From Eubacteriales bacterium (GTDB lineage: Bacteria > Bacillota > Clostridia > Oscillospirales > CAG-272), in the NCBI GenBank assembly GCA_045544195.1, contig JAZPYO010000040.1, positions 15,247 through 79,246 of the forward strand: a stretch of 64,000 nucleotides of DNA. Direction: 5' to 3'. Position 1 is the first letter of the stretch. Each line of letters begins with the position of its first letter. Positions 31,833 through 43,848 of the stretch are shown piece by piece. The notes beneath the pieces were generated by a model that ran no database searches, was not told the DNA's origin, and saw nothing but the letters and a program-made list of their open reading frames with translations. Made by a program: the position numbers and the translations under genes.

Positions 31833-32651
31833 ATGGATACAAAATCATTTAGTTCCCTGGCAGAAAACATAATTTCTTTAGAGGTTGTAAAGGCAGTTCA
31901 CATCAATATTATGGAATTTCTCAAAGACGAAATGACTGTCAGTACACCCGAAAAAAGCAAGTATCGCGAGCCTCGTTTATCTGATTTTTACCGCAGGTCA
32001 AATAAAAAGCTGGCATTTATTCTTCCTGTCGCCGGATTTATCATCGGTGCGGCGGCGGCTCTTGCGTTCCTTATATTTGGCAAATACGATCCGTCCGCAT
32101 TGCAAATGAGCGAAAACATCTTCAAGCCCGCCGTCTTTCTTTTGGTCTCATTGCTTGGCGCGGCATTAGGCTATGGGGCATATTTTTACTACGTTTATCA
32201 GCGGAAGATCACCGCAAAAAAGAAATTCAAAAATGCACTCGATGCTTATTACGCATCCTTCACAAAGGAAAATCACACTTCGGCTTCTCAGTCGGCAAAG
32301 GCGCGTACTATCGGAGCCTGCCTTGAAAAGCTGCTCATTACCGAAAGTGCATCAAGAGAGGCTTTGATGGTCCTGTACAATAAGTCTTCTCTTCCTTTCG
32401 GCGCAAGAAACGCCCGCTCCATATGCGTTGCGCTTGAGCAATGTGCAGAAAGAGGAAGCGTTGGCGAGCGTTCCATATTGGCAGAGTTGTCAGAGGACGA
32501 TACATACATTTGCGGAAAATACGAAGAATATTTGTCGATGATCGACTCCACAACAAGATCGCTCAAAAACAGCTTCAGAAATACAGGCACTGCGAGCGAG
32601 ATAGAAAAATACACCGAAGGATGTATGAAAATAATTTCTCAGATATCATAA
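31833..32651 (+). CDS. Hypothetical membrane protein (2 TM)
   Basis: 272-aa ORF with RBS GGAG, an upstream promoter-like sequence and two hydrophobic segments. Confidence 0.7.
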   Translation: MDTKSFSSLAENIISLEVVKAVHINIMEFLKDEMTVSTPEKSKYREPRLSDFYRRSNKKLAFILPVAGFIIGAAAALAFLIFGKYDPSALQMSENIFKPAVFLLVSLLGAALGYGAYFYYVYQRKITAKKKFKNALDAYYASFTKENHTSASQSAKARTIGACLEKLLITESASREALMVLYNKSSLPFGARNARSICVALEQCAERGSVGERSILAELSEDDTYICGKYEEYLSMIDSTTRSLKNSFRNTGTASEIEKYTEGCMKIISQIS

Positions 32652-32677
32652 GCATATTTTCGGCGTAATATTAAAAC

Positions 32678-32706
32678 AAACGGTGACTCGCATTGAGTCA
32701 CCGTTT
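32678..32706. terminator. Bidirectional terminator
   Basis: AAACGGTGACTC-GCATT-GAGTCACCGTTT. Confidence 0.8.
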
Positions 32707-32721
32707 TTGTATCATATATAT

Positions 32722-34785
32722 TCAATTATCATATCGTTCAAAGGGGATTTTCTGCAAAGCGCCCGCATCGTCACTGTATAAATAAACTTCTCCGTCATCA
32801 GAAGATCGAATATCAAAGTCGATATATTCCGTTAGTATCAGATCTTCTACGTAATACCCGACTGCGTTATTCCCCGCCTGACCTTCATACGAGCTCATAT
32901 ATAAGCTGTATCCTGCAGGCTTATCTGTCGTTTTGCATTGGCACACATCGTAATTCTTTATATCATTGTACGAATAGCGATAAGTGTAAGTTCCCATGAC
33001 GTCCGTATCCGTGTCTTTTGAGGTATGTACGGAATAATCATCGAATAAAACTCTCTCAGCGAACCTTGCTTCCACACTGTATCCCTGATACACAACGTCA
33101 AATTTACCGTTGCCAAATACAGACGGAATAACACCTTGAATATCCTTTTCCTGCAAAGGCACAGCATCTCCGTTATCTGATGAAGTGCAGAGCGTTTTGT
33201 TCATAACCTCAAGAATATCGGCAAGCGTGTAGCCTGCAAGCTCTCCTTTTGCGTAATATGAAAGAAATTCGTTCGTTGTAAAGAATTTTTTATTGACCGT
33301 ATCATAGTGATAAATATCGTAGGCAACGCCCTGACCGCCCGTATAAAGCGCCCCTCTGTGATTGACGATATAAACCGTCACCACATCGCCTGTCGTGATC
33401 GCTTGCCAAGTTACATCGGCGTAATAAATATCATTAATTCCTTGAGCGCTTTTCTTCAAATGCTCTCCGAACTCCTCGCTGTACTTGTTTACTATATCGG
33501 TATTCCATTTTTTACTTGCGGCGGAGTTGTCACTTATTTGCGGCAGATGTATGTGAAAATCGAATACATCACCGTCATAGCCGTTAACGGTATATTTTAC
33601 CGTGTACCCCTCATAAACCAAGCTGTTATCGGCATTTTCGTTAATATAATCGTCAAAAACGGAGCTTACCGTGTCAACAGTATCTTTCTTTTCGTCCGTT
33701 GTTTCTTCCGAGCTTGTATCTTCGACGGTATTTGTTGTTTTTGTATCATCCGTTCCTGTTTCTTTTTCATTCAGCGAGCCGAACGAGCAACCAACCGCAC
33801 TTAATGCAAGAGCTACGGCAAAAGCAAGGCAAATATATCTTTTCTTACGCTTTGACGTCAGCATAACGATCCTCTCCTTCATAGGTGCGCTGCCAAATCC
33901 GACAGAGTATATATGCTTTTGCGGAATAGTATCTATAAGAATGCTTGCGTATTTAATACGGTCTTTGTCATCAAGTCCTGATGAAACAGAGTCATCGCAC
34001 GCAAGCTCCGCATCACGCTTTGATATAACTGATGATATCCATACAAGCGGATTCCACCAGAACACGATAAGCGCAAGCGCTCTTACGAAAGACCATATAT
34101 GGTCACCGTGGCGAATATGGAAATATTCGTGTGTGATAATAAGCTCTTCAGACTCGCTTTTTGCCGTTTTCGGTGTAATATAGATAGAGGGTATGAGCCC
34201 TGCAATGCACGGAACATCTGCGCTTTTTGAAATATATACCCTTGTACCGTGAATATTTTTATAGAACTCACGGCTTTTAAAAAGCCGTCTGTTGTAGCAT
34301 GCGGTTATAAATATTATCCAAAAAGCAACGATAACAGCGCCAACGAGCCAAACAAGATAAACTATTTGGATCGGTGTCAGCGAAAATGTTTTTTCTTGTG
34401 TCTGAACGGACGTTGACGGTGTTTCGGGAGTTGAAGGCACGGTAGGAGTAAGCGGAGCTGTCGGTATTTCGGGCGTTTGGTTTTGCAAATTACCGATCGG
34501 TCTTTTGATAGGATCAGGCATCTGTGTACCGTTATTCTGAAGCGTATTATCAATTCGCTGACCGTCTGTGTTATTTTCAGTTTGCAGAGCTTGATGCATC
34601 TCGTTTTTAAGAAATTCAGGAACGGTGACTCCGACTTCAAACAGCGTTACCGGAATTACCATTCTTATAACAACAACGAGCCAGAGTGCATATATCACCC
34701 TTGGAGATACCGTTTTACGAAAAACGGCACGTATGATGAGAACCGCTACAATAAGCAGCGATAATGACAAAAGATATTCTATCAT
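32722..34785 (-). CDS. BlaR1/MecR1-type M56 metallopeptidase signal transducer with non-PBP C-terminal domain
   Basis: YALWLVVVIRMVIP, HEYFHIRHGD, WWNPLVW, ELACD, MKERI. Confidence 0.9.
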   Translation of the reverse strand: MIEYLLSLSLLIVAVLIIRAVFRKTVSPRVIYALWLVVVIRMVIPVTLFEVGVTVPEFLKNEMHQALQTENNTDGQRIDNTLQNNGTQMPDPIKRPIGNLQNQTPEIPTAPLTPTVPSTPETPSTSVQTQEKTFSLTPIQIVYLVWLVGAVIVAFWIIFITACYNRRLFKSREFYKNIHGTRVYISKSADVPCIAGLIPSIYITPKTAKSESEELIITHEYFHIRHGDHIWSFVRALALIVFWWNPLVWISSVISKRDAELACDDSVSSGLDDKDRIKYASILIDTIPQKHIYSVGFGSAPMKERIVMLTSKRKKRYICLAFAVALALSAVGCSFGSLNEKETGTDDTKTTNTVEDTSSEETTDEKKDTVDTVSSVFDDYINENADNSLVYEGYTVKYTVNGYDGDVFDFHIHLPQISDNSAASKKWNTDIVNKYSEEFGEHLKKSAQGINDIYYADVTWQAITTGDVVTVYIVNHRGALYTGGQGVAYDIYHYDTVNKKFFTTNEFLSYYAKGELAGYTLADILEVMNKTLCTSSDNGDAVPLQEKDIQGVIPSVFGNGKFDVVYQGYSVEARFAERVLFDDYSVHTSKDTDTDVMGTYTYRYSYNDIKNYDVCQCKTTDKPAGYSLYMSSYEGQAGNNAVGYYVEDLILTEYIDFDIRSSDDGEVYLYSDDAGALQKIPFERYDN

Positions 34786-34788
34786 AGC

Positions 34789-35172
34789 TTACTCTTTTTT
34801 CTCCTTCTCCGCATCATCAAGTATCTGACGAAGCTCCGCAATGTCCTTTTCGGATAATTTTTTTCTTTCGGTAAGCGCCGAAAACAACATTCTGACACTT
34901 CCGTCATATACACGGCTCAAAAACGACTCTGTTTCCTTAGGTGCAATATCATCACGTTTTACCGTCGGATAATATCTCTGCGGTTTGATGCTGTTGTCGA
35001 TCGAAACAGCTCCCTTTTCACATAAGCGTTTAAGCATAACGTGGATCGTCGGGCGTGACCATCCCGTTTCTTTTTCAAGTGCATCTGTAATTTCACGAAG
35101 CGAAAGCGAAGATTCCGCCCACAAAAGCTTCATTATCTTCCATTCGCCTTCTGATAACGTAATATTGTCCAT
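34789..35172 (-). CDS. BlaI/MecI/CopY family repressor
   Basis: LSEGEWKIMKLLW, W..PTIHVMLKRL..KG. Start set at MDNITL (RBS GGAGGA). Confidence 0.92.
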   Translation of the reverse strand: MDNITLSEGEWKIMKLLWAESSLSLREITDALEKETGWSRPTIHVMLKRLCEKGAVSIDNSIKPQRYYPTVKRDDIAPKETESFLSRVYDGSVRMLFSALTERKKLSEKDIAELRQILDDAEKEKKE

Positions 35173-35184
35173 ATAGTCCTCCAT

Positions 35185-35243
35185 TTGTCGACATTTGTTT
35201 ACTGTGCTTCAAATATATCACGAGTGTAGACATTTGTCAACAC
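35185..35243 (-). promoter_or_regulatory. blaI promoter with two operator palindromes
   Basis: TTGACA-17-TATATT. GTGTTGACAAATGTCTACAC lies over the -35 box; CAGTAAACAAATGTCGACAA lies next to the RBS. Confidence 0.78.
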
Positions 35244-35360
35244 ATATAATGTACAATTTACAAATTATTCATCAAGTGCGGAACAGGCAGAAACCGCTCC
35301 GTCATCTCAATGTACAAGTAAAACGTCCCGCAGAGATCATTCTGCAGGACGTTTTTGATA

Positions 35361-36719
35361 TTATATTTTCATAATTCCGAATGCATCAAGAACCGACGAT
35401 ATCAATATAAGAACTATACATACAGGTGCTATATATTTTATTACAACCGTAAAAAGCGCCTTACTTTTGAATTTTCCGCCTATTTCCGCTTCCTCGATCA
35501 CCGATTTTGGCTTTATGAAATAGCCGATGAATATACACGTTGCCAAAGCAACGATGGGCATAATAACGCTGTTGCTTGCAAAATCAAAGAACGTAAGAAA
35601 GTCCATATTGAGTATTTTTATACCGTTCCAGATCCCGTTTCCGAGCGACGAGGGTATACCGAGCAAAAGACATATCGCGATCACCGCAATACACGCTGTG
35701 CGTCTTTTGATCTTGAATTTATCGGTGAATATCGAAACTATCGTTTCCATAAGCGATATTGACGATGTAAGTGCCGCAAAGAAAACAAGCAAAAAGAACA
35801 GTATACCGACAAATGTGCCGCCCGTTATCGTATCAAAGACCTTGGGCAAGGTTACGAACATAAGCCCCGGGCCCTTTCCAAGTGCTTCGGGATCACCTGC
35901 CGAAAAAGCAAACACCGCAGGAATTACCATAAGACCTGCAAGAAATGCTATACCTGTATCGAACACCTCTATCTGTCTGACAGATGATTCAAGGCAAACA
36001 TCTTTTTTCATATACGAGCCGTACGTTATCATAATACCCATAGACAGCGACATTGAATAGAAAAGCTGTCCCATAGCCGCAAGCACCGTTGTTGCCGAGA
36101 AGTTTGAAAAATCGGGCTTTATGTAATATATAACGCCTTGCCACGCGCCATCGAGCGTAACTGTATATATTGCAATGATTACCGTGAGTACGACGAGTAC
36201 AGGCATCATTATTTTACTTACCTTTTCAATACCCTTTTCAACTCCGAAGAAAACTACCACCGCAGTAAGCGCAAGGTACAGTAAAAACCAGCCGATAGGC
36301 TCCAGCGGATCGGCGATAAACGAATCAAAATAATTATCAAGCGCCGCGCTGTGTCCTGCTCCTGTAATAAAAACGGTAAAATATTTCATTACCCAACCGC
36401 CTATTACGCAATAGTACGGTAAAATTATTATCGGAACAAGCGATGCGATATAACCCACAAATGAAAACCTTTTATCAAGAGCCTTGTATGCTCCTATTGC
36501 GGAAAGTCCTGTTTTTCTTCCTATTGCGATCTCAGCTACCATAAGCGTAAAGCCAAATGTTACAGCGAGAATTATGTACGTCAACAGGAATATTCCTCCG
36601 CCGTATTTTGCCGCAAGGTAAGGGAAACGCCATATATTGCCGAGTCCTACGGCGGAGCCTGCGGCCGCAAGCACAAACCCGAGCTTGCCTGTAAAGCTGC
36701 TTCTGTTTTTAGACATCAA
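35361..36719 (-). CDS. Sodium-dependent transporter (NSS/SNF family)
   Basis: AAAGSAVGLGNIWRFPY, GQLFYSMSL, GPGLMFVTLP. Confidence 0.95.
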   Translation of the reverse strand: MMSKNRSSFTGKLGFVLAAAGSAVGLGNIWRFPYLAAKYGGGIFLLTYIILAVTFGFTLMVAEIAIGRKTGLSAIGAYKALDKRFSFVGYIASLVPIIILPYYCVIGGWVMKYFTVFITGAGHSAALDNYFDSFIADPLEPIGWFLLYLALTAVVVFFGVEKGIEKVSKIMMPVLVVLTVIIAIYTVTLDGAWQGVIYYIKPDFSNFSATTVLAAMGQLFYSMSLSMGIMITYGSYMKKDVCLESSVRQIEVFDTGIAFLAGLMVIPAVFAFSAGDPEALGKGPGLMFVTLPKVFDTITGGTFVGILFFLLVFFAALTSSISLMETIVSIFTDKFKIKRRTACIAVIAICLLLGIPSSLGNGIWNGIKILNMDFLTFFDFASNSVIMPIVALATCIFIGYFIKPKSVIEEAEIGGKFKSKALFTVVIKYIAPVCIVLILISSVLDAFGIMKI

Positions 36720-36824
36720 ATATCCTCCTTTTGATCTTCAGTAAAGTCAAAAGTATATTATACACATTTTTTTAAAAAAGGCAATAGGAACAGACAATTT
36801 TTTTCATCCGATCCGCTATACCTC

Positions 36825-36855
36825 TTGACAAATTATACTATGTATGATATAGTAT
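36825..36855 (+). promoter_or_regulatory. padR promoter with overlapping inverted repeat (probable autoregulatory site)
   Basis: TTGACA-17-TATAGT; ATACTAT-N7-ATAGTAT at 36835..36855. Confidence 0.7.
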
Positions 36856-36890
36856 TATATACCAAAGAGTAGATAACAAAGGAGGTAATT

Positions 36891-37208
36891 ATGGATATAC
36901 AACTTAAACGAGGATATATAGAAATATGTGTTCTTGCTTCGATGCTGAAGGAGGAAACATACGGATATAAGCTGATAAAGGATGTCAGCTACGTAATGGA
37001 CATATCCGAATCCACATTATATCCGATACTCAAGCGACTGGAAGCATCAGGGTGCGTAAGCTCACGAAACGCCGAATACAACAACCGATTGAGAAAATAT
37101 TATTCAATAACTAATATCGGCAGAGAACGGATCAAGGAATTTATGTCCGACTGGAATGACGTTATGAAGATATATGAATACATAAAGGGGGAATGTGACT
37201 GTGAATAA
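36891..37208 (+). CDS. PadR family transcriptional regulator
   Basis: QLKRG..E, YGY, ESTLYPILKRLE, RKYYSIT. Confidence 0.93.
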   Translation: MDIQLKRGYIEICVLASMLKEETYGYKLIKDVSYVMDISESTLYPILKRLEASGCVSSRNAEYNNRLRKYYSITNIGRERIKEFMSDWNDVMKIYEYIKGECDCE

Positions 37209-37776
37209 AAATGAATTTATTGCCTCGCTTTCACAAGCGACAGAACAACTGAATGACGACGCAAGAGATCGCACCATCGCTTATTATACAGAAATGATAG
37301 ACGACAGATGTGAGGGAGGAATGAGCGAGGAGCAGGCAGTATATTCTCTCGGTGCTGTTGACGAGATCGCAAAGCAGATCATTGCAGACGCTGCCGAATG
37401 CGGCGAATTAAAACAAGCTGTCAATGCCGTTTGCCAAAATAATACCGTAAAAAAGGGAGCAAGCCTCGGCAGTGCCGTTCTCGGAGTATTTGCGGTTATC
37501 GGCGTATGCATTCTTTGTATGATAACGATCAGCTTTTCTTTGAGCATCTGGGGCTCTGATATATCTCTTCTCATAACAGGTCTTACCCTTGTCCTGACGG
37601 GTATAACAGCGTTCTCTTCAACAACTTCAGCGGCAATTTTCCTGATCGGTATAGGTCTTGTGATCCTTTCTCTCGGTATAGCATTGTGCGTGCTTTGCGT
37701 AAAGCTGTCCGCGTTTTTCTACAGACACATCAAATCTTTATTTCAAAAAAGCATTTCCATTTGCAAGGGCGAGTAA
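37201..37776 (+). CDS. DUF1700 (HAAS) membrane protein
   Basis: NKNEFI..L, YY.EMIDD..EGGMSEEQAV..LG..DEIA plus TM segments; GTG start inferred. Confidence 0.85.
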   Translation: MNKNEFIASLSQATEQLNDDARDRTIAYYTEMIDDRCEGGMSEEQAVYSLGAVDEIAKQIIADAAECGELKQAVNAVCQNNTVKKGASLGSAVLGVFAVIGVCILCMITISFSLSIWGSDISLLITGLTLVLTGITAFSSTTSAAIFLIGIGLVILSLGIALCVLCVKLSAFFYRHIKSLFQKSISICKGE

Positions 37777-37799
37777 AACTGAAGAGGAGTAACGGTATT

Positions 37800-38594
37800 A
37801 TGAAAAAAACATTTATAGCACTTTTAATTTCACTGTTTATCTTCGTTATCGGTGTCGCCTGTGCCATTTGCGGTGCGGTTAATATGAGCATTTCGGGATG
37901 GAGCGAGATAAGATCTACCGTCAGCGACAGCTCATCGTTTTCCGCTGAGGAAATAACAAGCATCGTTATCGACTGCCACGAAAGCGAGCTTACGGTTCTT
38001 CCGTCCGAAACAAATGAAATAACGGTTTCTTACCAAATGATGCTTTTGAAATTTGAAAGCTCGGTCGAAAACGGAACGCTGAAGCTGAAAACATACCGTC
38101 CGTTTCTTGAAGGCATACATTTTTCGACATTTTCAAAAAACAAAATAACGCTTCACATTCCGCAAGATCATGTGTGCGATATATCAATAGACTCCGATGT
38201 GTGCAGTGTGAATATAGACGGCATAACCGTCAAGGGAGATATTGACGCTGAGGTAGATGCAGGGGCGATAAATATAAACAAGCTATCAGCAGACAGCGTA
38301 ACGCTGTCATCGGATACAGGAGCGATAAAGCTCGTTGACTGCACGGTAAATTCATTCAGTGGCGAAGCCGATGTCGGAGCAATAAAGGCTACAAATCTCT
38401 CATCACAGAAGATATCGGTAAAGACCGATGTCGGTGCTATTGATATGTCCCTTTGCGGAAAGATGTCTGATTATACAATACTGTGCAACGCTTCATTATC
38501 ATCGTGCAATCTTCCCCGGCAGCAGTCAGGCGGCAGCAGAAGCCTTACCGTATCCTCGGATGTTGGAGCGGTAAACGTAACATTTGACGAATGA
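37800..38594 (+). CDS. DUF4097 beta-strand repeat (adhesin-like) protein
   Basis: N-terminal TM; repeated xDxGAI units; padR-DUF1700-DUF4097 operon. Confidence 0.85.
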   Translation: MKKTFIALLISLFIFVIGVACAICGAVNMSISGWSEIRSTVSDSSSFSAEEITSIVIDCHESELTVLPSETNEITVSYQMMLLKFESSVENGTLKLKTYRPFLEGIHFSTFSKNKITLHIPQDHVCDISIDSDVCSVNIDGITVKGDIDAEVDAGAININKLSADSVTLSSDTGAIKLVDCTVNSFSGEADVGAIKATNLSSQKISVKTDVGAIDMSLCGKMSDYTILCNASLSSCNLPRQQSGGSRSLTVSSDVGAVNVTFDE

Positions 38595-38649
38595 CTGCGT
38601 TTGAATACCACAAAAAAATCATCTGCCGCATCAAGCAGATGATTTTTTA

Positions 38650-39630
38650 TTATTTATGCTTTTTAATTTTCATTTTTCCTATCAATATCTGAACAGGCTC
38701 AAACTCGTACTTTACAACACAGTTTAACATACCCATATAAATCATAGCTATTGCGAGCTTGTCGTATTTATCTGCTATTTTCCAGACTCTTTTTCTGTGC
38801 TTTTTGAGCATGGATACAGCTTGCTTCTGAACAGGTGTGCCTATAAACTGCTTTTCACATATTTTGATTTTTGTATAATGGAAGAAATGCTTTAAGCTGA
38901 GAGTATAAAGCTCACTGTCAATATGCTCAAATTTCAGCATTCTCCCTTCTATATGGCGCGACAGAGCCATAATATTTTCCACCTTTGGTGCAGTTATTAT
39001 GCTTCCCTCGCGCTTTACATAGCAATACAACGGCGATTCAAAATACACGATCCTTGCAGAGCGCTCAAGAAGAACGGGAACGATCTCATCGTCTTCGAAC
39101 GCTGTTCCAAGTGTAAATCTTACCCCGTCAAATACTTCCCTGCGGTATATTTTGCTCCACAATGAAAGCGAGTTTGTGTAGTGGCTCGTATACATACGCT
39201 TAAGCCCGCCAACGTTATCAAGCACCTGCATGCCTTCAAGAGCAGATGTATCACAGTCCTCCATTTCGCCTCTGTCTCTTGTATGGCTGCACTGAACGAT
39301 ATCTGCGTTATATTCTATTGCCGCTTTCATCATAATACTGTACATATCGGGATGGACAAGATCGTCAGAATCCACCCAGCCGATATATTCGCCGCTTGCA
39401 GCATCGAGTCCTGCATTTCTGGCAGAGGCAACGCCGCCGTTTTTTTTGTGCACGACCTTTATGCGACTGTCTTTTTTTGCAAGCGCATCGCAAAGCTCAC
39501 CTGACGAATCGCTCGACCCATCGTTCACCAATACCAATTCAATATCCGTATATGATTGTGACAGAATACATTCAACAGTCTGCTCGAGGTACTTTTCGGC
39601 ATTATATACAGGCGTTATTATACTTATCAC
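38650..39630 (-). CDS. Glycosyltransferase family 2
   Basis: ISIITPVYN, VNDGSSD, ARNAGL, VDSDD, FED. Confidence 0.93.
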   Translation of the reverse strand: MISIITPVYNAEKYLEQTVECILSQSYTDIELVLVNDGSSDSSGELCDALAKKDSRIKVVHKKNGGVASARNAGLDAASGEYIGWVDSDDLVHPDMYSIMMKAAIEYNADIVQCSHTRDRGEMEDCDTSALEGMQVLDNVGGLKRMYTSHYTNSLSLWSKIYRREVFDGVRFTLGTAFEDDEIVPVLLERSARIVYFESPLYCYVKREGSIITAPKVENIMALSRHIEGRMLKFEHIDSELYTLSLKHFFHYTKIKICEKQFIGTPVQKQAVSMLKKHRKRVWKIADKYDKLAIAMIYMGMLNCVVKYEFEPVQILIGKMKIKKHK

Positions 39631-39632
39631 GG

Positions 39633-40550
39633 TTACTTATTTTCCTTTTGATCAGCTTTTTGCAGTATTCTGCGTACTATCTGTTTTTCGTATTCCGAAT
39701 CGCCATCGCCTTCGATCTGAGAGTCCACCTCATTTACGTACTTACCGGCAATTGCGGTCTTTTCGGTCGCACCGTTCAGGAACCATTCGTACTCTATATC
39801 AACATGACCGACATCAAGGGCTCTTATTCCTGCCTTGTGAAGATCGTATGCGAGAACAGTTGCCGTTTGTCCGAGAGCTATCAAAACGAGCTCTCCGTTC
39901 CATACATCCTTTACAGTACTCAGTATTTCATCGTATCGAGAAAACGCACTTTTTGCAGGACATATGACTCTGCGAATGCTTCGGCAATCTGAAAACAGGT
40001 CATTTCCCATTCCGAGTCTCGTTTTTTCTCCCTCTACTATCAGAATGTCCTTATTCTGCCATACCTGCTTCAGCCTTGTAAACCATTCGCCGCATTTGCC
40101 GCAGGTGCGGTAGTCCATATACAAGCGGGTGACCTGTGTGTTATAATATTTTCCGTCCTTAGCCAGCAGCTTTACCCAGCGTTTTCCATACCAGCGCAAA
40201 AAATCATGCCAAAATTTTACGCCCTCCGGTGTACGGAGCGGAGTATCCTTTGCCATATTTGGAATGCATATGAGCATTCCGTCTTCTTTCGATGAAAGTA
40301 TCTGGCGTAAACGCTCAGCAAGTGCGGCGTCCTCCTTTTGAAATCCGTTAGACAGACCTATCATGACCTTAAGCTCTCCGTCACCGTACCGTGACATTGA
40401 ACATTTACCCTTTAGCAGCTCATCCAGCGTTTCGTCGATCGAAGCGGCATTCTGCCACGCCTTACATTTTTCTACCGCTCTGAGATTACTGCGCCAGATC
40501 ATTTTATCTCTTTCGTATTCCAGCTTGTTTTTGATCCTTGTAAAAAGCAT
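39633..40550 (-). CDS. GT-D fold glycosyltransferase (DUF1792 / SP_1767-like)
   Basis: RYGDGE, TRLYMDY, VEGEKTRLGMGNDLF, ALGQTATVLAYDL, DVGHVDIEYEW. Confidence 0.88.
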   Translation of the reverse strand: MLFTRIKNKLEYERDKMIWRSNLRAVEKCKAWQNAASIDETLDELLKGKCSMSRYGDGELKVMIGLSNGFQKEDAALAERLRQILSSKEDGMLICIPNMAKDTPLRTPEGVKFWHDFLRWYGKRWVKLLAKDGKYYNTQVTRLYMDYRTCGKCGEWFTRLKQVWQNKDILIVEGEKTRLGMGNDLFSDCRSIRRVICPAKSAFSRYDEILSTVKDVWNGELVLIALGQTATVLAYDLHKAGIRALDVGHVDIEYEWFLNGATEKTAIAGKYVNEVDSQIEGDGDSEYEKQIVRRILQKADQKENK

Positions 40551-40585
40551 GATGGACCCCCTTGCCCATAATTCTTATCAAAACA

Positions 40586-40614
40586 ATTATATCATACAGC
40601 ATTTATTTTGTCAA
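40586..40614 (-). promoter_or_regulatory. Consensus sigma-A promoter for the glycosyltransferase pair
   Basis: TTGACA-17-TATAAT with TG. Confidence 0.8.
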
Positions 40615-40637
40615 TAAATACGGTAGTATGTACCGCT

Positions 40638-40670
40638 AAAAGAAAAGCGCAAGGACACTCCTTGCGCTTT
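40638..40670 (-). terminator. groEL terminator
   Basis: AAAAGCGCAAGGA-CAC-TCCTTGCGCTTTT. Confidence 0.8.
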
Positions 40671-40703
40671 TGCTGTTGTTTTTATAAGCTATTGTGCTAT
40701 TTA

Positions 40704-42350
<1,647 letters not shown>

Positions 42351-42360
42351 TCAGTTAGAT

Positions 42361-42663
<303 letters not shown>

Positions 42664-42686
42664 TTATTCGAAAAATTCGTCGCATT

Positions 42687-42713
42687 TTGGCACTCATTAT
42701 CTTTGAGTGCTAA
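42687..42713 (-). promoter_or_regulatory. CIRCE element (HrcA operator)
   Basis: TTAGCACTC-N9-GAGTGCCAA upstream of groES. Confidence 0.95.
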
Positions 42714-42931
42714 CCGATATACATATTGTAGCACGCAAACAAAAAAAATCAAGCCTTTTTTCGAGAATTAACACATATTTAACAAAAATTCCCTCGTTTA
42801 TTCTTTTGTATTGCAAGAGCAAGGCAGGACGGCATATCATTCCAAGCAGAATTATAAAAATGTGCTTGACATATCCATATTTTTTATTGTATCATAGCCT
42901 TGCAAATACTCAAAAAGGAACACCTTTTGTT

Positions 42932-43798
42932 ATGAAAAAGATTTATAAATATATATCAGCGCCGCTTTTGCTTTCAGTTCTGATGCTCAGCGCGTGCGGC
43001 GGTACACAGTCAGAAACGGTTGAAAGCGATTCAAAAGCTCAAAGCACAAGCAGTTTTCAGAGCGCAGAGTCGGATATGCAAAACGAATATATCGACCGAG
43101 ACCCGTCTGCAATGTACGAAAACGCCGATGTTCTTATGATCCGCTACGTTTCCGAAGCAGACGGCTTGAGCTTCAAGGAAATACAGGACAAAAACGACGG
43201 CGGTGAAATAAAGGCGCTTTTGGGTTCATTGACATCCTCATCAAAGCAGTCACCGAAAATAAGCGATTCTCCCTTCAGCTTCGATCCGTTGGAAAAATGC
43301 TATGCCGATATCGGAACGTACTGGATACGCATCGACGGAAACACAATATACAGAATTTCCGCAGATCTCAGCGAAATATCACGCTGCGACGATTATTACT
43401 CCGAAGGTGAAATACTTAACTCGGGCATTGACACATCACAACACATATACGCATACTGGGAATTTTACCCCTATAATACGCATTTCGGAACGTATGAAAA
43501 CGGTTCTCTCACATTGCACCGAGTTTTCTCGGATAAAAGCGATGTCGAAATGACTGTGAAGAATATGGACGATTCATCATTAACGTTTGAGATCGCTTCA
43601 AAAAATGCAAACAGGGACATTTCGTTTGACGCCGTATCCGAGCAAAACGGAAATCATTCGCTTATTAAAAGCGGCACTCTGTCGCTTACAAGCGGAAATG
43701 CCGAACAGGTAACAGTTTCCTTGCCAAAGTCAGATAAAACGTATATATTGTCGGTCATAACAGACGGAGCGAGAATAAATATTGAGGTAAAAAAATAA
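42932..43798 (+). CDS. Hypothetical lipoprotein
   Basis: MKKIYK...LMLSAC lipobox; start moved to the ATG at 42932. Confidence 0.75.
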   Translation: MKKIYKYISAPLLLSVLMLSACGGTQSETVESDSKAQSTSSFQSAESDMQNEYIDRDPSAMYENADVLMIRYVSEADGLSFKEIQDKNDGGEIKALLGSLTSSSKQSPKISDSPFSFDPLEKCYADIGTYWIRIDGNTIYRISADLSEISRCDDYYSEGEILNSGIDTSQHIYAYWEFYPYNTHFGTYENGSLTLHRVFSDKSDVEMTVKNMDDSSLTFEIASKNANRDISFDAVSEQNGNHSLIKSGTLSLTSGNAEQVTVSLPKSDKTYILSVITDGARINIEVKK

Positions 43799-43848
43799 TA
43801 TTTCAAAAAAACAATCCTCGGCGAATATACGTCGGGGACTGTAATATT

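Noticed and set aside
32722-35172. Beta-lactam resistance locus
   Set aside because: No blaZ or mecA, and no recognisable penicillin-binding sensor domain.
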